NCBI RefSeq assembly: GCF_006345805.1
Contig: NW_021833113.1
Coordinates: 18,232 to 82,231 of the forward strand
Direction: 5' to 3'
From: Octopus sinensis
Taxonomy: Eukaryota
Length of the DNA: 64,000 nucleotides
Shown in pieces: positions 40,855 to 52,925 of this stretch (positions are counted from its first letter, which is position 1; the number at the start of each line of letters is the position of its first letter). The notes under the pieces are model-generated. The model searched no databases and had not been told where the DNA came from. It saw only the letters and a program-made list of their open reading frames with translations. The position numbers and the translations under genes were made by a program.

Positions 40855-41450
40855 CGTGAGCTGGCAGAGTGGTTAGCACGCCGGACGAAATGCTTAGCGA
40901 TATTTCGTCTGCCGCTACATTCTGAGTTCAAATTCCGCCGAGGTCGACTTTGCCTTTCATCCTTTCGGGGTCGATAAATTAAGTACCAGTTACGCACTGG
41001 GGTCGATGTAATCGATTTAATCCCTTTGTCCTTGTTTGTCCCCTCTGTGTTTAGCCCCTTGTGGGCAGTAAAGAAATAGGTATTTCGTCTGCCGCTACGT
41101 TCTGAGTTCAAATTCCGCCGAGGTTGACTTTGCCTTTCATCCTTTCGGGGTCGATTAAATAAGTACCAGTTACTCACTGGGGTCGATGTAATCGACTTAA
41201 TACCTATGTCTGTCCTTGTTTGTTCCCTCTATGCTTAGCCCCTTGTGGGTAGTAAAGAAATAGGTATTTTGTCTGCCACTACGTTCTGAGTTCAAATTCC
41301 GCCGAGGTCGACTTTACCTTTCATCCTTTCAGGGTCGATAAATTAAGTACCAGTTACGCACTGGGGTCGATGTAATCAACTTAATCCGTTTGTCTGTCCT
41401 TGTTTGTCCTCTCTGTGTTTTTAGCCCCTTGTGGGTAGTAAAGAAATAAG
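40855..41450 (+). mobile_element. tRNA-derived SINE family B trimer (central domain resembles the MetaSINE domain)
   Basis: Head gagctggcagagtggttagc...gagttcaaattcc, core gactttgcctttcatcctttcggggtcgataaattaagtaccag, tail cccttgtgggtagtaaagaaata, three head-to-tail units. Other multimers at 24590-25010(-) and 53130-53690(-); monomers near 27950-28190 and 43535-43775. The family name is from memory and needs a Dfam/Repbase check. Confidence 0.75.
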
Positions 41451-41659
41451 AAATATACAGAAATTGATAGACTTGAACCAGGGGTTCTTGATGATTTTGC
41501 CTGTATTTGAGATGGGCCCTTAAATAGGTATGTACTCAACGGAGAGGTTACTCTGTGTGTGTGTGTATATATATATATATTCAAAAATGTTAAAAGGGGT
41601 TTCTGAATTGTTTTTTATGTCTTTATATGATATAAAGTTTAAATAGGGGCTTCACTTAC

Positions 41660-41732
41660 TTTTCCATTTCCTCGATAGAGTCTTCAGCAAGGGGTGGTGC
41701 ATAGCGGAAACCCACGTAGTATTTGTGGGGAG
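41660..41732 (-). CDS. FECH: FECH coding exon 4 (73 nt): PHKYYVGFRYAPPLAEDSIEEME
   Basis: ttttacag acceptor, AA|gtaagt donor. Matches human [23 protein letters not shown]. Confidence 0.95.
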
Positions 41733-41833
41733 CTGTAAAAGAGGAGCAGTAGGGCCCACGGTGAGTGTTTGAGGATGGAGTGTGGAGTGAGAAGAGACAG
41801 TAAGAGAGAGTGAAAGTGGGAGAAGAGAGAATG

Positions 41834-41864
<31 letters not shown>

Positions 41865-42740
41865 TGTGTGGCTTTGTGGTATGAAGCTTGCTTCCCAACC
41901 ACATGGTTCCTGGTTCAGTCCCACTGCATGGCACCTTTGGCAAGTGTCGTCTTCTACTATAGCCACAGGCCAACTAGAGCCTTGTGAGTGGTTGTGGTAG
42001 AAGGAAACTGAAAGAAGCCCATCATATGTATATATGTACACCATTTCGACCCTGTGCTTGAGGAGATCCATTGAGTCAAGTACACCGACGTAAAAAGCAC
42101 CATCCGAATCGTGGCCAAGTGGCACATAAAATGCACCAATCCGATCGTGGCCGTTGCCAGCCTCGCCTGGGCCCCATGCCGGTGGCACGTAAAAAGCACC
42201 ATCCGTCCGTGGCCGTTTGCAAGCTCCGTCTGGCACCTGTGCCGGTGGCACGTAAAAAGCACCCACTACACTCACGGAGTGGTTGGCATTAGGAAGGGCA
42301 TCCAGCTGTAGAAACACTGCCAGATCAGACTGGAGCCTGGTGCAGCCTCCTGGCCTTCCCAGACCCCAGTTGAACCGTCCAACCCATGCCAGCATGGAAA
42401 GCGGACGCTAAACGATGATGATGCATGTTTGCACGCCTTTGGGTCTGTTTCTGCCCATCTCCAACACTTGACAACCTGTGTTGGTAAGTTTGTGTCCCCA
42501 TAACTTAGCAGTTCAGCAAAAGCGACTGATAGGATAAGTAACAGGCTTGAAAATGAGTGCTGGGGTCAATCCTTGAACTAAAAATACTTGAAGCCAGTGC
42601 CCCAGCATGGCCACAGTCTAATGACTGAAACAAGCAAAAGATAAAAGATATATATTGCTATATAAGATCCATTTGTACTACAGAACCAGAGGCAGTTTCA
42701 GTTAAACCCACCTCTACATTGGGGCAGATGGACGGAAGGA

Positions 42741-43140
42741 AATTTAGGCTGTTATTTCTAGCATATAGAGTTACCACATTGAGGTCTCCTTCTCTCATGT
42801 CTTCTGCTGATTATTTTTCTTCTTAACCCTTTTGTTACCATATTTAGGCTATTATTTCTAGCATATAGAGGGACCACATTGAGGTCTCCTTCCCTCATTT
42901 CTTCTGCTCATTATTTTTCTTTTTAACCCTTTTGTTACCATATTTAGGCTATTATTTCTAGCACATAGACAGACCACATTGAGGTCTCCTTCCCTCATTT
43001 CTTCTGCTGATTATTCTTCTTCTTAACCCTCTTCTTACTATATTTAGGCTATTATTTCTAGCATATAGAGGGACCACATTGAGGTCTCCTTCCCCCATTT
43101 CTTCTACGGAATATTTTTCTTCTTAACCCTTTTGTTACCA
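42741..43140. repeat. 100-bp tandem repeat x4 spanning the left end of a piggyBac-like MITE
   Basis: tttaggctattatttctagc...cttaacccttttgttacca at exact 100-bp spacing (42741, 42841, 42941, 43041). Confidence 0.9.
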
Positions 43141-44555
43141 TATTTCTGTCGAGATGCTCTGTGTTTCTATCAATTAATTTTAAATATAACAAACAATTTA
43201 GTAAAATAACTTAGTTATCATTTAGCTAGTGTCAGGAACATAAACTGTGACTAAGGTTTGGTGGAAGATTTTGATTGAGAATTTTTGAAAATAAGACATT
43301 TGTACCACAGAGTCAGAGGTGGTTTTAGCCAGGATGGTATCAAATGGGTTAAAGGTCATACAACTTGTAACATAATGAAGATCATGTTAAAATTTTTTTA
43401 TTCTCTAAGGCTACGAGCTAACAGAATCGTAAGCACCCTGGGTGAAATGCTTAGCAGTATGTTTGTCTTTATGTTCTGGGTTCAAATTCTGCCAAGGTCG
43501 GCTTTGCCTTTCATCCTTTTGGGGTCAATAAATTAAGTACCTATTTCTTTATCACCCACAATGGGCTAAACATAGAGGGGACAAACAAGGACAGACATAG
43601 GTATTAAGTCGATTATATCGACCCCAGTGCGTAACTGGTATTTAACTTATCGACCTTGAAAGGATGAAAGGCAAAGTCGACCCTGGCGGAATTTGAACTC
43701 AGAACGTAACGACAGACGAAATACGGCTACGCATTTCGCCCGGCGTGCTAACGTTTCTGCCAGCTCGCCGCCTTCAAATAAATTAAGTACCAGCTGCATA
43801 CTGGGGTCAATGTAATTGACTGGCTCCTTCCCCCAAAATTTCAGGCCTTGTGCCTAGAGTAGAAAAGAATTTTTACTCTCTCACCATTTCTTATATGGCA
43901 ATAAGCGTTGCTTGAGAAAAAGATTCATCAAGTCAAATGAAATCAGGGTCGTGGTAGTTACCTTTTGAGTGTTGGGCCTTATGGAGGTAATGTGGCCGGT
44001 GCAGGGGTCATGTACCTAACAGCTGTGCTGGTGGCACATAAAAGGGCACATTTCAAGAATTGGGCTTCACGGAGGCAATAACAAATGACCACGACATTTG
44101 GCAATGCGACGTACTTAAGAAGATCCATCGAGCCAAGGGAAATCGCAGTCATGGCAGATACTGGTGTCACGCAAATGGCACCTGTGCCGCTGGGTGCGCA
44201 TAAAAGCCCCCATTACACTCTGTAAAGTGGTTGGCATTAGGAAGGGCATCCAGCAATAGAGAACCAAGCCAAATCAGACTGGAACCTGGTGCAGCCTTCC
44301 AGCCTTGCCAGCCCTGGTCAAACCGTCCAACCCATGCCAGCATGGACAACGGATGTGAAATGATGATGGCAACATGTGTGTGTGTGTGTGTGTGTATGTG
44401 TATAGGGAGAGAGAAAGAAAGAGAGGAAGAGAGAGTACACAGAGGACAGATGTGAGAAACAAAAGAAACAAAATAAAAAAAAAAAAAAGAAATAAACAAA
44501 ATACGTGGCCACCACCCCGAAACACAATCAGATGAGTGTGAGAGGGTTGACTGAC

Positions 44556-44704
44556 CTGTTTGAGGACTGATTCTGTCTAACAGCTCCACCATTCTCTGTC
44601 CCTGAATGGAGGTCCAGTGTTTGATAGGGGACCCTCCACCTATCTTGGAGTACTGCTCTTGGATGCGGGGTGTCCTGCGCTTCGCTATCAACGGCCCCAA
44701 CTGG
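44556..44704 (-). CDS. FECH: FECH coding exon 3 (149 nt): [49 protein letters not shown]
   Basis: ttttgcag acceptor, ACAG|gtcagt donor. IAKRRTP.IQEQY..IGGGSPI motif; same length as human exon 4. Confidence 0.97.
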
Positions 44705-44925
44705 CTGCAAAAGGCAAGGGGGGGAGAGATACAAGTGAAACAACAAGAGACGACACATTAACTTCATCTTAGATGCAGAAAACTTCATATTTAGACTGAC
44801 TCCTCCTCCTCCTCCTTATTATTATTATTATTATTGAGGCAGAATCATTAGCGAATTCTGAGTTCAAATTCCACTGAGGTTGGCTTTGTACCTATGGTAG
44901 AAAAGATTATTATTATTATCATTAT

Positions 44926-44927
<2 letters not shown>

Positions 44928-44965
<38 letters not shown>

Positions 44966-46020
44966 GGTGGTGGTGGAGTAGTAGTAGTAGCAGTGGTAGT
45001 AATAGTGATGGTGGAAGTAGTAGCAGTGGTTGTGGTGGTAGCAGTGGTAGTGGTAGTAGCAGTAATGGTGGTAGTAGTAGCAGTTGAGGTGGCAGTGGTA
45101 GTAGTAGTAGCAGTAATGGTGGTAGTAGTAGCAGTGGTGGTAGTGGTAGTAGTAGTGGTGGTAGTAGTAGCAGTGGTGGTAGTGGTAGTAGTAGTGGTGG
45201 TAGTAGTAGCAGTGGTGGTAGTGGTAGTAGTAGTGGTGGTAATAGTGGTAGTGGTGGTAGTAGTAGTGGTGGTGGTGGTAGTAGTAGCAGTAGTGGTGGT
45301 AGTGGTAGTAGCAGGAGTGGTGGTTGTAGTAGTAGTAGTGGTGGTAATAGTGGTAGTAGCAGTAGTGGTGGTAGTAGTAGCGGTGGTAGTGGTAGTAGCA
45401 GTAGTGGTGGTAGTAGTAGCAGTGGTGGTAGTGGTAGTAGTAGTGGTGGTCATAGTGGTAGTGGTGGTAGTGGTAGTAGTAGCAGTAGTGGTGGTAGTGG
45501 TAGTAGCAGGAGTGGTGGTGGTAGTAGTAGTGGTAGTAGTGGTGGTGGTAGTGGTGGTGGTAGTAGTGGTGGTAATAGTGGTAGTAGCAGTAGTGGTGGT
45601 GGTGGTGGTAGTAGTGGTGGTAATAGTGGTAGTAGCAGTAGTGGTGGTGGTAGTAGTAGTGGTGGTAATAGTGGTAGTAGTGGTGGTAATAGTGGTAGTA
45701 GCAGTAGTGGTGGTAGTAGTAGCGGTGGTAGTGGTAGTAGCAGTAGTGGTGGTAGTAGTAGCAGTGGTGGTAGTGGTAGTAGTAGTGGTGGTAATAGTGG
45801 TAGTGGTGGTAGTAGTAGTGGTGGTAGTGGTAGTAGTAGCAGTAGTGGTGGTAGTGGTAGTAGCAGGAGTGGTGGTGGTAGTAGTAGAGGTAGTAGTGGT
45901 GGTGGTAGTGGTGGTGGTAGTAGTGGTGGTAATAGTGGTAGTAGCAGTAGTGGTGGTGGTGGTAGTAGCAGTAGTGGTGGTGGCAGTAGTAGTGGTGGTA
46001 ATAGTGGTAGTAGCAGTAGT
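44928..46020. repeat. About 1.1-kb compound (GTA/GTG/GCA)n trinucleotide repeat
   Basis: Continuous gtagtggtggtagta pattern; source of the poly-V, poly-T and poly-Y/H ORFs. Confidence 0.95.
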
Positions 46021-46257
46021 AAGATAGTGAACCGGCAGATTCATCAGGACGCTGGTATTTCACCTGTCGTTACGTTCTGAGTTCAAATTCAGTCAAATTG
46101 ACTTTTCTCCTTCATCCTTTCAAGGTTGATAAATTAAGTACCAGTGAAACACTGGGGGGGGAGTCATGTAATCGACTTAACCCCCTCACACAAACTGTCC
46201 TCAGGGCAAAAATTGGAAATCATTATATTATTATTATTATTAGTCGTAGTAGTAAGA

Positions 46258-49043
46258 TAGGCGCAGGAGTGGCTGTGTGGTAAGTAGCTTGCTAACCAAC
46301 CACATGGTTCCGGGTTCAGTCCCACTGCGTGGCATCTTGGATTAGTGTCTTCTGCTATAGCCTCGGGCCGACCAATGCCTTGTGAGTGGATTTGGTAGAT
46401 GGAAACTGGAAGAAGCCCATCGTATGTATGTATATATATATATCATAGGTGTAGGAGTGGTTGTGTGGTAAGTAGCTTGCTTACCAACCACATGGTTCCG
46501 GGTTCAGTCCCACTGCGTGGCATCTTGGCAAGTGTCTTCTGCTATAGCCTCAGGCCGACCAATGCCTTGTGAGTGGATTTGGTAGATGGAAACTGGAAGA
46601 AGCCCATCGTATGTATGTATATATATATCATAGGTGTAGGAGTGGTTGTGTGGTAAGTAGCTTGCTTACCACCACATGGTTCCGGGTTCAGTCCCTGCGT
46701 GGCATCTTGGGCAAGTGTCTTCTGCTATAGCCTCAGGCCGACCAATGCCTTGTGAGTGGATTTGGTAGATGGAAACTGGAAGAAGCCCATCGTATGTATG
46801 TATATATATATATCATAGGTGTAGGAGTGGTTGTGTGGTAAGTAGCTTGCTAACCAACACATGGTCCGGGTTCAGTCCCACTGCGTGGCATCTTGGGCAA
46901 GTGTCTTCTGCTATAGCCTCAGGCCGACCAATGCCTTGTGAGTGGATTTGGTAGATGGAAACTGGAAGAAGCCCATCGTATGTATGTATATATATATATC
47001 ATAGGTGTAGGAGTGGTTGTGTGGTAAGTAGCTTGCTTACCAACCACATGGTTCTGGGTTCAGTCCCACTGCGTGGCATCTTGGGCAAGTGTCTTCTGCT
47101 ATAGCCTCAGGCCGACCAATGCCTTGTGAGTGGATTTGGTAGATGGAAACTGGAAGAAGCCCATCGTATGTATGTATATATATATATCATAGGTGTAGGA
47201 GTGGTTGTGTGGTAAGTAGCTTGCTTACCAACCACATGGTTCCGGGTTCAGTCCCACTGCGTGGCATCTTGGGCAAGTGTCTTCTGCTATAGCCTCAGGC
47301 CGACCATGCCTTGTGAGTGGATTTGGTAGATGGAAACTGGAAGAAGCCCATCGTATGTATGTATATATATATATCATAGGTGTAGGAGAGTGGTTGTGTG
47401 GTAAGTAGCTTGCTTACCAACCACATGGTTCTGGGTTCAGTCCCACTGCGTGGCATCTTGGGCAAGTTCTTCTGCTATAGCCTCAGGCCGACAATGCCTT
47501 GTGAGTGGATTTGGTAGATGGAAACTGGAAGAAGCCCATCGTATGTATGTATATATATATATCATAGGTGTAGGAGTGGTTGTGTGGTAAGTAGCTTGCT
47601 ACCAACCACATGGTTCTGGGTTCAGTCCCCCTGCGTGGCATCTTGGGCAAGTGTCTTCTGCTATAGCCTCAGGCCGACCAATGCCTTGTGAGTGGATTTG
47701 GTAGATGGAAACTGGAAGAAGCCCATCGTATGTATGTATATATATTCATAGGTGTAGGAGTGGTTGTGTGGTAAGTAGCTTGCTTACCAACCACATGGTC
47801 CGGGTTCAGTCCCACTGCGTGGCATCTTGGGCAAGTGTCTTCTGCTATAGCCTCAGGCCGACCAATGCCTTGTGAGTGGATTTGGTAGATGGAAACTGGA
47901 AGAAGCCCATCGTATGTATGTATATATATATATCATAGGTGTAGGAGTGGTTGTGTGGTAAGTAGCTTGCTTACAAACCACATGGTTCCGGGTTCAGTCC
48001 CACTGCGTGGCATCTTGGGCAAGTGTCTTCTGCTATAGCCCCGGCTGACCAATGCCTTGTTAGTGGATTTAGTACGGAAACTGGAAGAAGCCCATCGTAT
48101 GTATGTATATATATATCATAGGTGTAGGAGTGGCTGTGTGGTAAGTAGCTTGCTAACCAACCACATGGTTCCGGGTTCAGTCCCACTGCGTGGCATCTTG
48201 GGCAAGTGTCTTCTGCTATAGCCTCGGGCCGACCAATGCCTTGTGAGTGGATTTGGTAGATGGAAACTGGAAGAAGCCCATCGTATGTATGTATATATAT
48301 ATATCATAGGTGTAGGAGTGGTTGTGTGGTAAGTAGCTTGCTTACCAACCACATGGTTCCGGGTTCAGTCCCACTGCGTGGCATCTTGGGCAAGTGTCTT
48401 CTGCTATAGCCTCAGGCCGACCAATGCCTTGTGAGTGGATTTGGTAGATGGAAACTGGAAGAAGCCTGTCGTATGTATGTATATATATATATCATAGGCG
48501 CAGGAGTGGCTGTGTGGTAAGTAGCTTGCTAACCAACCACATGGTTCCGGGTTCAGTCCCACTGCGTGGCATCTTGGGCAAGTGTCTTCTGCTATAGCCT
48601 CGGGCCGACCAATGCCTTGTGAGTGGATTTGGTAGATGGAAACTGGAAGAAGCCTGTCGTATGTATGTATATATATATATCATAGGTGTAGGAGTGGTTG
48701 TGTGGTAAGTAGCTTGCTAACCAACCACATGGTTCTGGGTTCAGTCCCACTGCGTGGCATCTTGGGCAAGTGTCTTCTGCTATAGCCTCAGTCCGACCAA
48801 TGCCTTGTGAGTGGATTTGGTAGATGGAAACTGGAAGAAGCCCATCGTATGTATGTATATATATATATCATAGGTGTAGGAGTGGTTGTGTGGTAAGTAG
48901 CTTGCTTACCAACCACATGGTTCCGGGTTCAGTCCCACTGCGTGGCATCTTGGGCAAGTGTCTTCTGCTATAGCCTCAGGCCGACCAATGCCTTGTGAGT
49001 GGATTTGGTAGATGGAAACTGGAAGAAGCCTGTCGTATGTATG

Positions 49044-49077
<34 letters not shown>

Positions 49078-49277
49078 CGTTTGTCCCCCCTAGCATTGCT
49101 TGACAACCGATGCTGGTGTGTTTACGTCCCTGTCACTTAGCGGTCGGCAAAAAGAACCGATAGAATAAGTACTGGGCTTACAAAGAATAAGTCCCGGGGT
49201 CGATTTGCTCGACTAAAGGCGGTGCTCCAGCATGGCCGCAGTCAAATGACTGAAACAAGTAAAAGAGTAAAAAGAGA
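46258..49277 (+). repeat. Tandem array of 15 SINE 5' halves (about 187-bp period) ending in one SINE 3' half
   Basis: aggagtgg(c/t)tgtgtggtaagtagc...gaagcccatcgtatgtatg repeats at about 46265, 46453, 46638 ... 48878. Only the last unit continues into the tail ending gaaacaagtaaaagag. Confidence 0.93.
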
Positions 49278-49479
49278 TACAAGGCATTCCAGGCCTTGTG
49301 CAGTTAGAAGAAAGAATTATTATTATTAGTAGTAGTAGTAGTAGTAATAGTAGACTGAGGTCGACTTTCCCTTTTGTACTTTTGGGCTCAGTTAACTAAA
49401 TACCAGTTACGCCCTGGGGTCTTTGCAATCAACTTACCCCCTCCCTCCTGCAAAATTCAGGCCTTGTGCCTATAATAGA

Positions 49480-49897
49480 AAGGATTATTATTATTTTTAG
49501 TAGTAGTAGTATTAGTAGTAGTATTATTATTATTATTATTAGTAGTAGTAGTATTAGTATTATTATTATTATTATTTTTAGTAGTAGTAGTAGTAGTAGT
49601 ATTATTATTATTAGTAGTAGTAGTAGTAGTATTATTATTATTAGTATTAGTAGTAGTAGTATTAGTATTATTATTATTAGTAGTAGTAGTAGTATTATTA
49701 GTATTATTATTATTATTAGTAGTAGTAGTAGTAATATTATTAGTAGTAGTAGTATTATTATTACCAGTAGTAGTAGTAGTAGTAGTAGTATTATTATTAG
49801 TAGTAGTAGTATTATTATTATTATTATTATTAGTAGTAGTAGTAGTAGTAGTATTATTATTATTATTTGTAGTAGTAGTAGTAGTAGTAATTGTAGC

Positions 49898-49928
<31 letters not shown>

Positions 49929-49940
49929 GTAGTAGTAGTT
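49480..49940. repeat. Compound (AGT)n/(ATT)n trinucleotide repeat directly downstream of FECH coding exon 2
   Basis: Alternating agtagt and attatt blocks. Confidence 0.93.
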
Positions 49941-49993
49941 GTTGCTGTTGATGGCATACGTTGGTGAAAGGAGAGGAGAAAAGTGTGGCTCAC

Positions 49994-50116
49994 TTTTGAG
50001 CCGGCAAGCTCATGAGGTCCCTGTCCAGAAACAACCTCTGCAGAAAGTCCTGGACCCCATCCAAGTTTTCAGGGCCTCCCATGTTCAGCATGAGGATTCC
50101 AGTTTTGGGTTTTGTG
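49994..50116 (-). CDS. FECH: FECH coding exon 2 (123 nt): [40 protein letters not shown]
   Basis: ttgcag acceptor, AA|gtgagc donor. Signature [10 protein letters not shown]...LFLDRDLM as in human exon 3. Confidence 0.97.
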
Positions 50117-50231
50117 CTGCAATAGACGAAGAGAGAAAACAGGGTGAGGTCATGGTTGGAGTGAATGAAATACAAACACTGTCATCATCACCATCATCAT
50201 AACCATCACCATCATCCACAATCACCACCAA

Positions 50232-50277
<46 letters not shown>

Positions 50278-50316
50278 CACACACACATGCATATCTATAT
50301 ATATAACCTACATGCT

Positions 50317-50358
<42 letters not shown>

Positions 50359-50370
50359 AACACACAGACC

Positions 50371-50410
<40 letters not shown>

Positions 50411-50710
50411 CACACAAAACCACACACCCACATATATATATATATACCATACATGTTTGTCTTATATATATAATATATATATATATACACACACCCACAA
50501 AACACACACCTATACATATATATATACCATACATGTTTATATATATATATATATACACACACACAAACACACACACCTATACATATATATATATACCATA
50601 CATGTTTATATATATATATAATATATATATATATACCACAGTTTATATATATATATATACCAAACACAACACACCCATACATATATATATATATAATATA
50701 TTATATATAT

Positions 50711-51116
50711 AATAAATATTAGGAATAAATCCAAATTACAGGGAAAAAAATCAGATTTAGGATTAAATCCAATTTTATAGTAAAAATTATATAATATTAA
50801 TTAGAGACAAAACCACTATTTTGCAAAACAAACAAGGAAAGACTTAATCAATACATAAAATTTTAATATAAAAAGTAAAAAAACCGCCACTACAATTGTT
50901 CATGTCTTGAATGACAATCTTCAGGTGGATTTCCGATTTTCAAGTCAGTTTCAAATTTCATAATTATATATATATATATATAATATATATATGTATAGGT
51001 GTGTGTGTTTGTGGGTGTGTATATATATATATAGATAAACATGTATGGTATATATATATATGTATAGGTGTGTGTGTTTGTGTGTGTATATATATATATA
51101 GACAAACATGTATGGT

Positions 51117-51148
<32 letters not shown>

Positions 51149-51452
51149 TGGGTGTGTGTGTTTGTGTGTATGTATATATATATATATTATATAATATTTC
51201 ATAATTTGAAACTGACTTGAAAATCGGAAATCCACCTGAAGATTGTCATTCAAGACAAGAAACAATTGTAGTGGCGGTTTTTTTACTTTTTATTAAAATT
51301 TTATGTATTGATTAAGTCTTTCCTTGTTTGTGTTTTGCAAAATAGGGTTTTGTCTCTAATTAATATTATATAATATTTTACTATAAAATTGGATTTAATC
51401 CTAAATCTGATTTTTTTCCCTGTAAATTGGATTTATTCCCTAATATTTATTA
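50711..51452. repeat. Large inverted repeat (arms about 250 bp) of Penelope-like terminal sequence around a microsatellite spacer
   Basis: 50711-50965 is the near-exact reverse complement of 51198-51452. Each arm carries the hammerhead motif. Confidence 0.9.
51232..51274 (+). ncRNA. Minimal type I hammerhead ribozyme motif (Penelope-like), antisense to FECH
   Basis: CCAC-CTGAAGA-TTGTC attcaa GACAA-GAAA-CAATTG-T-A-GTGG. All three helices close, helix III is the palindrome ACAATTGT, GUA triplet. Confidence 0.65.
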
Positions 51453-51469
51453 TATATATATATATATAT

Positions 51470-51635
51470 GGAGGCGCTATGGCCCAGTGGTTAGGGCAGC
51501 GGACTTGCGGTCAGAGGATCGCGGTTTCGATTCCCAGACCGGGCGTTGTGTGTGTTTATCGAGCGAAAACACCTAAACGCTCCACGAGGCTCCGGCAGGG
51601 GATGGTGGTGATCCCTGCTGTACTCTTTCACCACT
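51470..51635 (+). mobile_element. tRNA-derived SINE family E (longer copy on - at about 36960-37320)
   Basis: tggcccagtggttagggc A box, ggtttcgattccc B-box variant, then accgggcgttg...gagcgaaaacacctaaa(c)gctccacgaggctccggcagggg, shared with the reverse complement of 37195-37310. Confidence 0.7.
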
Positions 51636-52646
51636 CTAAAGGCGGTGCTCCAGCATGGCCGCAGTCAAATGACTGAAACAAATAAAAAAAAAAAAAAATA
51701 TATATATATACATACATATATATATATATTCGTAAAATAGACTTGTATATACAACATGTACTCTCATACATTTACTGTATAAAATAGACGTGTGAGTGTA
51801 TACACACACACACACACATAAATATATAGACAGACAACAGACATATACACCCGTTGCGATTAATAAGGTCATTGCTACAACGTTCAGGCATGCCGTATCA
51901 ACGCTAGCACCCACACTGCACATAGTATGGTTCATTGTCCCACCACCACCACCACCACCACCATCAAACAGATACATAATGAACTAATTATATTCAGAAA
52001 TAATTGCTGCTGCTACTACTACTACTACTACTTATACTACTATGATTTACTCTACTACCACCCGAGCCACCACTACTACAACATTACCTCTACTGCGATA
52101 ACAACTATATGGAAAAACTACCACGGCTACAGCTAGCGCCGTGACTACAACTCACTGCAAACTACCATCGCCAATACTACAATGAACACATCTACTACCA
52201 CTGCTACTATTACTACTATTACTAGTATCCTCTCTACTAAACTAACACTACCACCTATGCTACTACTACTACTACTACTACAACTGCTATACAGACCACT
52301 AACGCTATTACAATTGCACAACCACCACCATAGCAACTACCACGACCGCAAGATAACACAATCCCCCGCCCCAACAATGACCACCCTATCCAAAATGCTC
52401 TCATTTTCCTCCCCTTCACCTCCACGTCACTAATGGCTTTGTACTTAATTAACAGAAATATTAATTATAGTAATTGTTAATTAAAATCCTCAAAGCAACA
52501 TATTTAAAATAATAATGACATATTTCTCTCTCCACCACCACCACCACCACCCCCACAAAAATCAGAACTTTGGTGGTGGTGGTGGTCATGGCAGAATTTC
52601 ACCCTAGGCCTGTAGTGATAACCTGACACAGCCATGAGCAAAGCTG

Positions 52647-52925
52647 TGACCATCCTGTCTTTAATTCTGACATAGTGTATCTAGGACTACATTATTTAAT
52701 GTGTCCTTTCTTCCTCTTGTTTTTGTTTAGCCCCAGGTCAGTCCTGATCCAGCCAACCTATGATCAAAGATGTCCTAGCTGTGACTATCCTGTCTTTAAT
52801 TCCGACATAGTGTATCTAGGACTACATTATTTAATGTGTCCTTTCTTCCTCTTGTTTTTGTTTAGCCCCAGGTCAGTCCTGATCCAGCCAACCTATGATC
52901 AAAGGCATTCCAGTAGTGACCATCC
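52647..52925. repeat. About 130-bp tandem duplication
   Basis: tgac(c/t)atcctgtctttaatt...gacatagtgtatctaggactac...cctatgatcaaag occurs twice. Confidence 0.85.

Noticed and set aside
44848-46063. About 400-aa poly-Thr, poly-Val and His/Tyr ORFs resembling mucin or histidine-rich proteins
   Set aside because: Open in three frames on both strands because of the trinucleotide repeat; no splice context; lies within a FECH intron.
51470-51545. Possible tRNA gene (likewise the heads at 40024 and of SINE families A and B)
   Set aside because: A and B boxes are present but the acceptor and anticodon stems do not close, and each continues into a shared SINE body.
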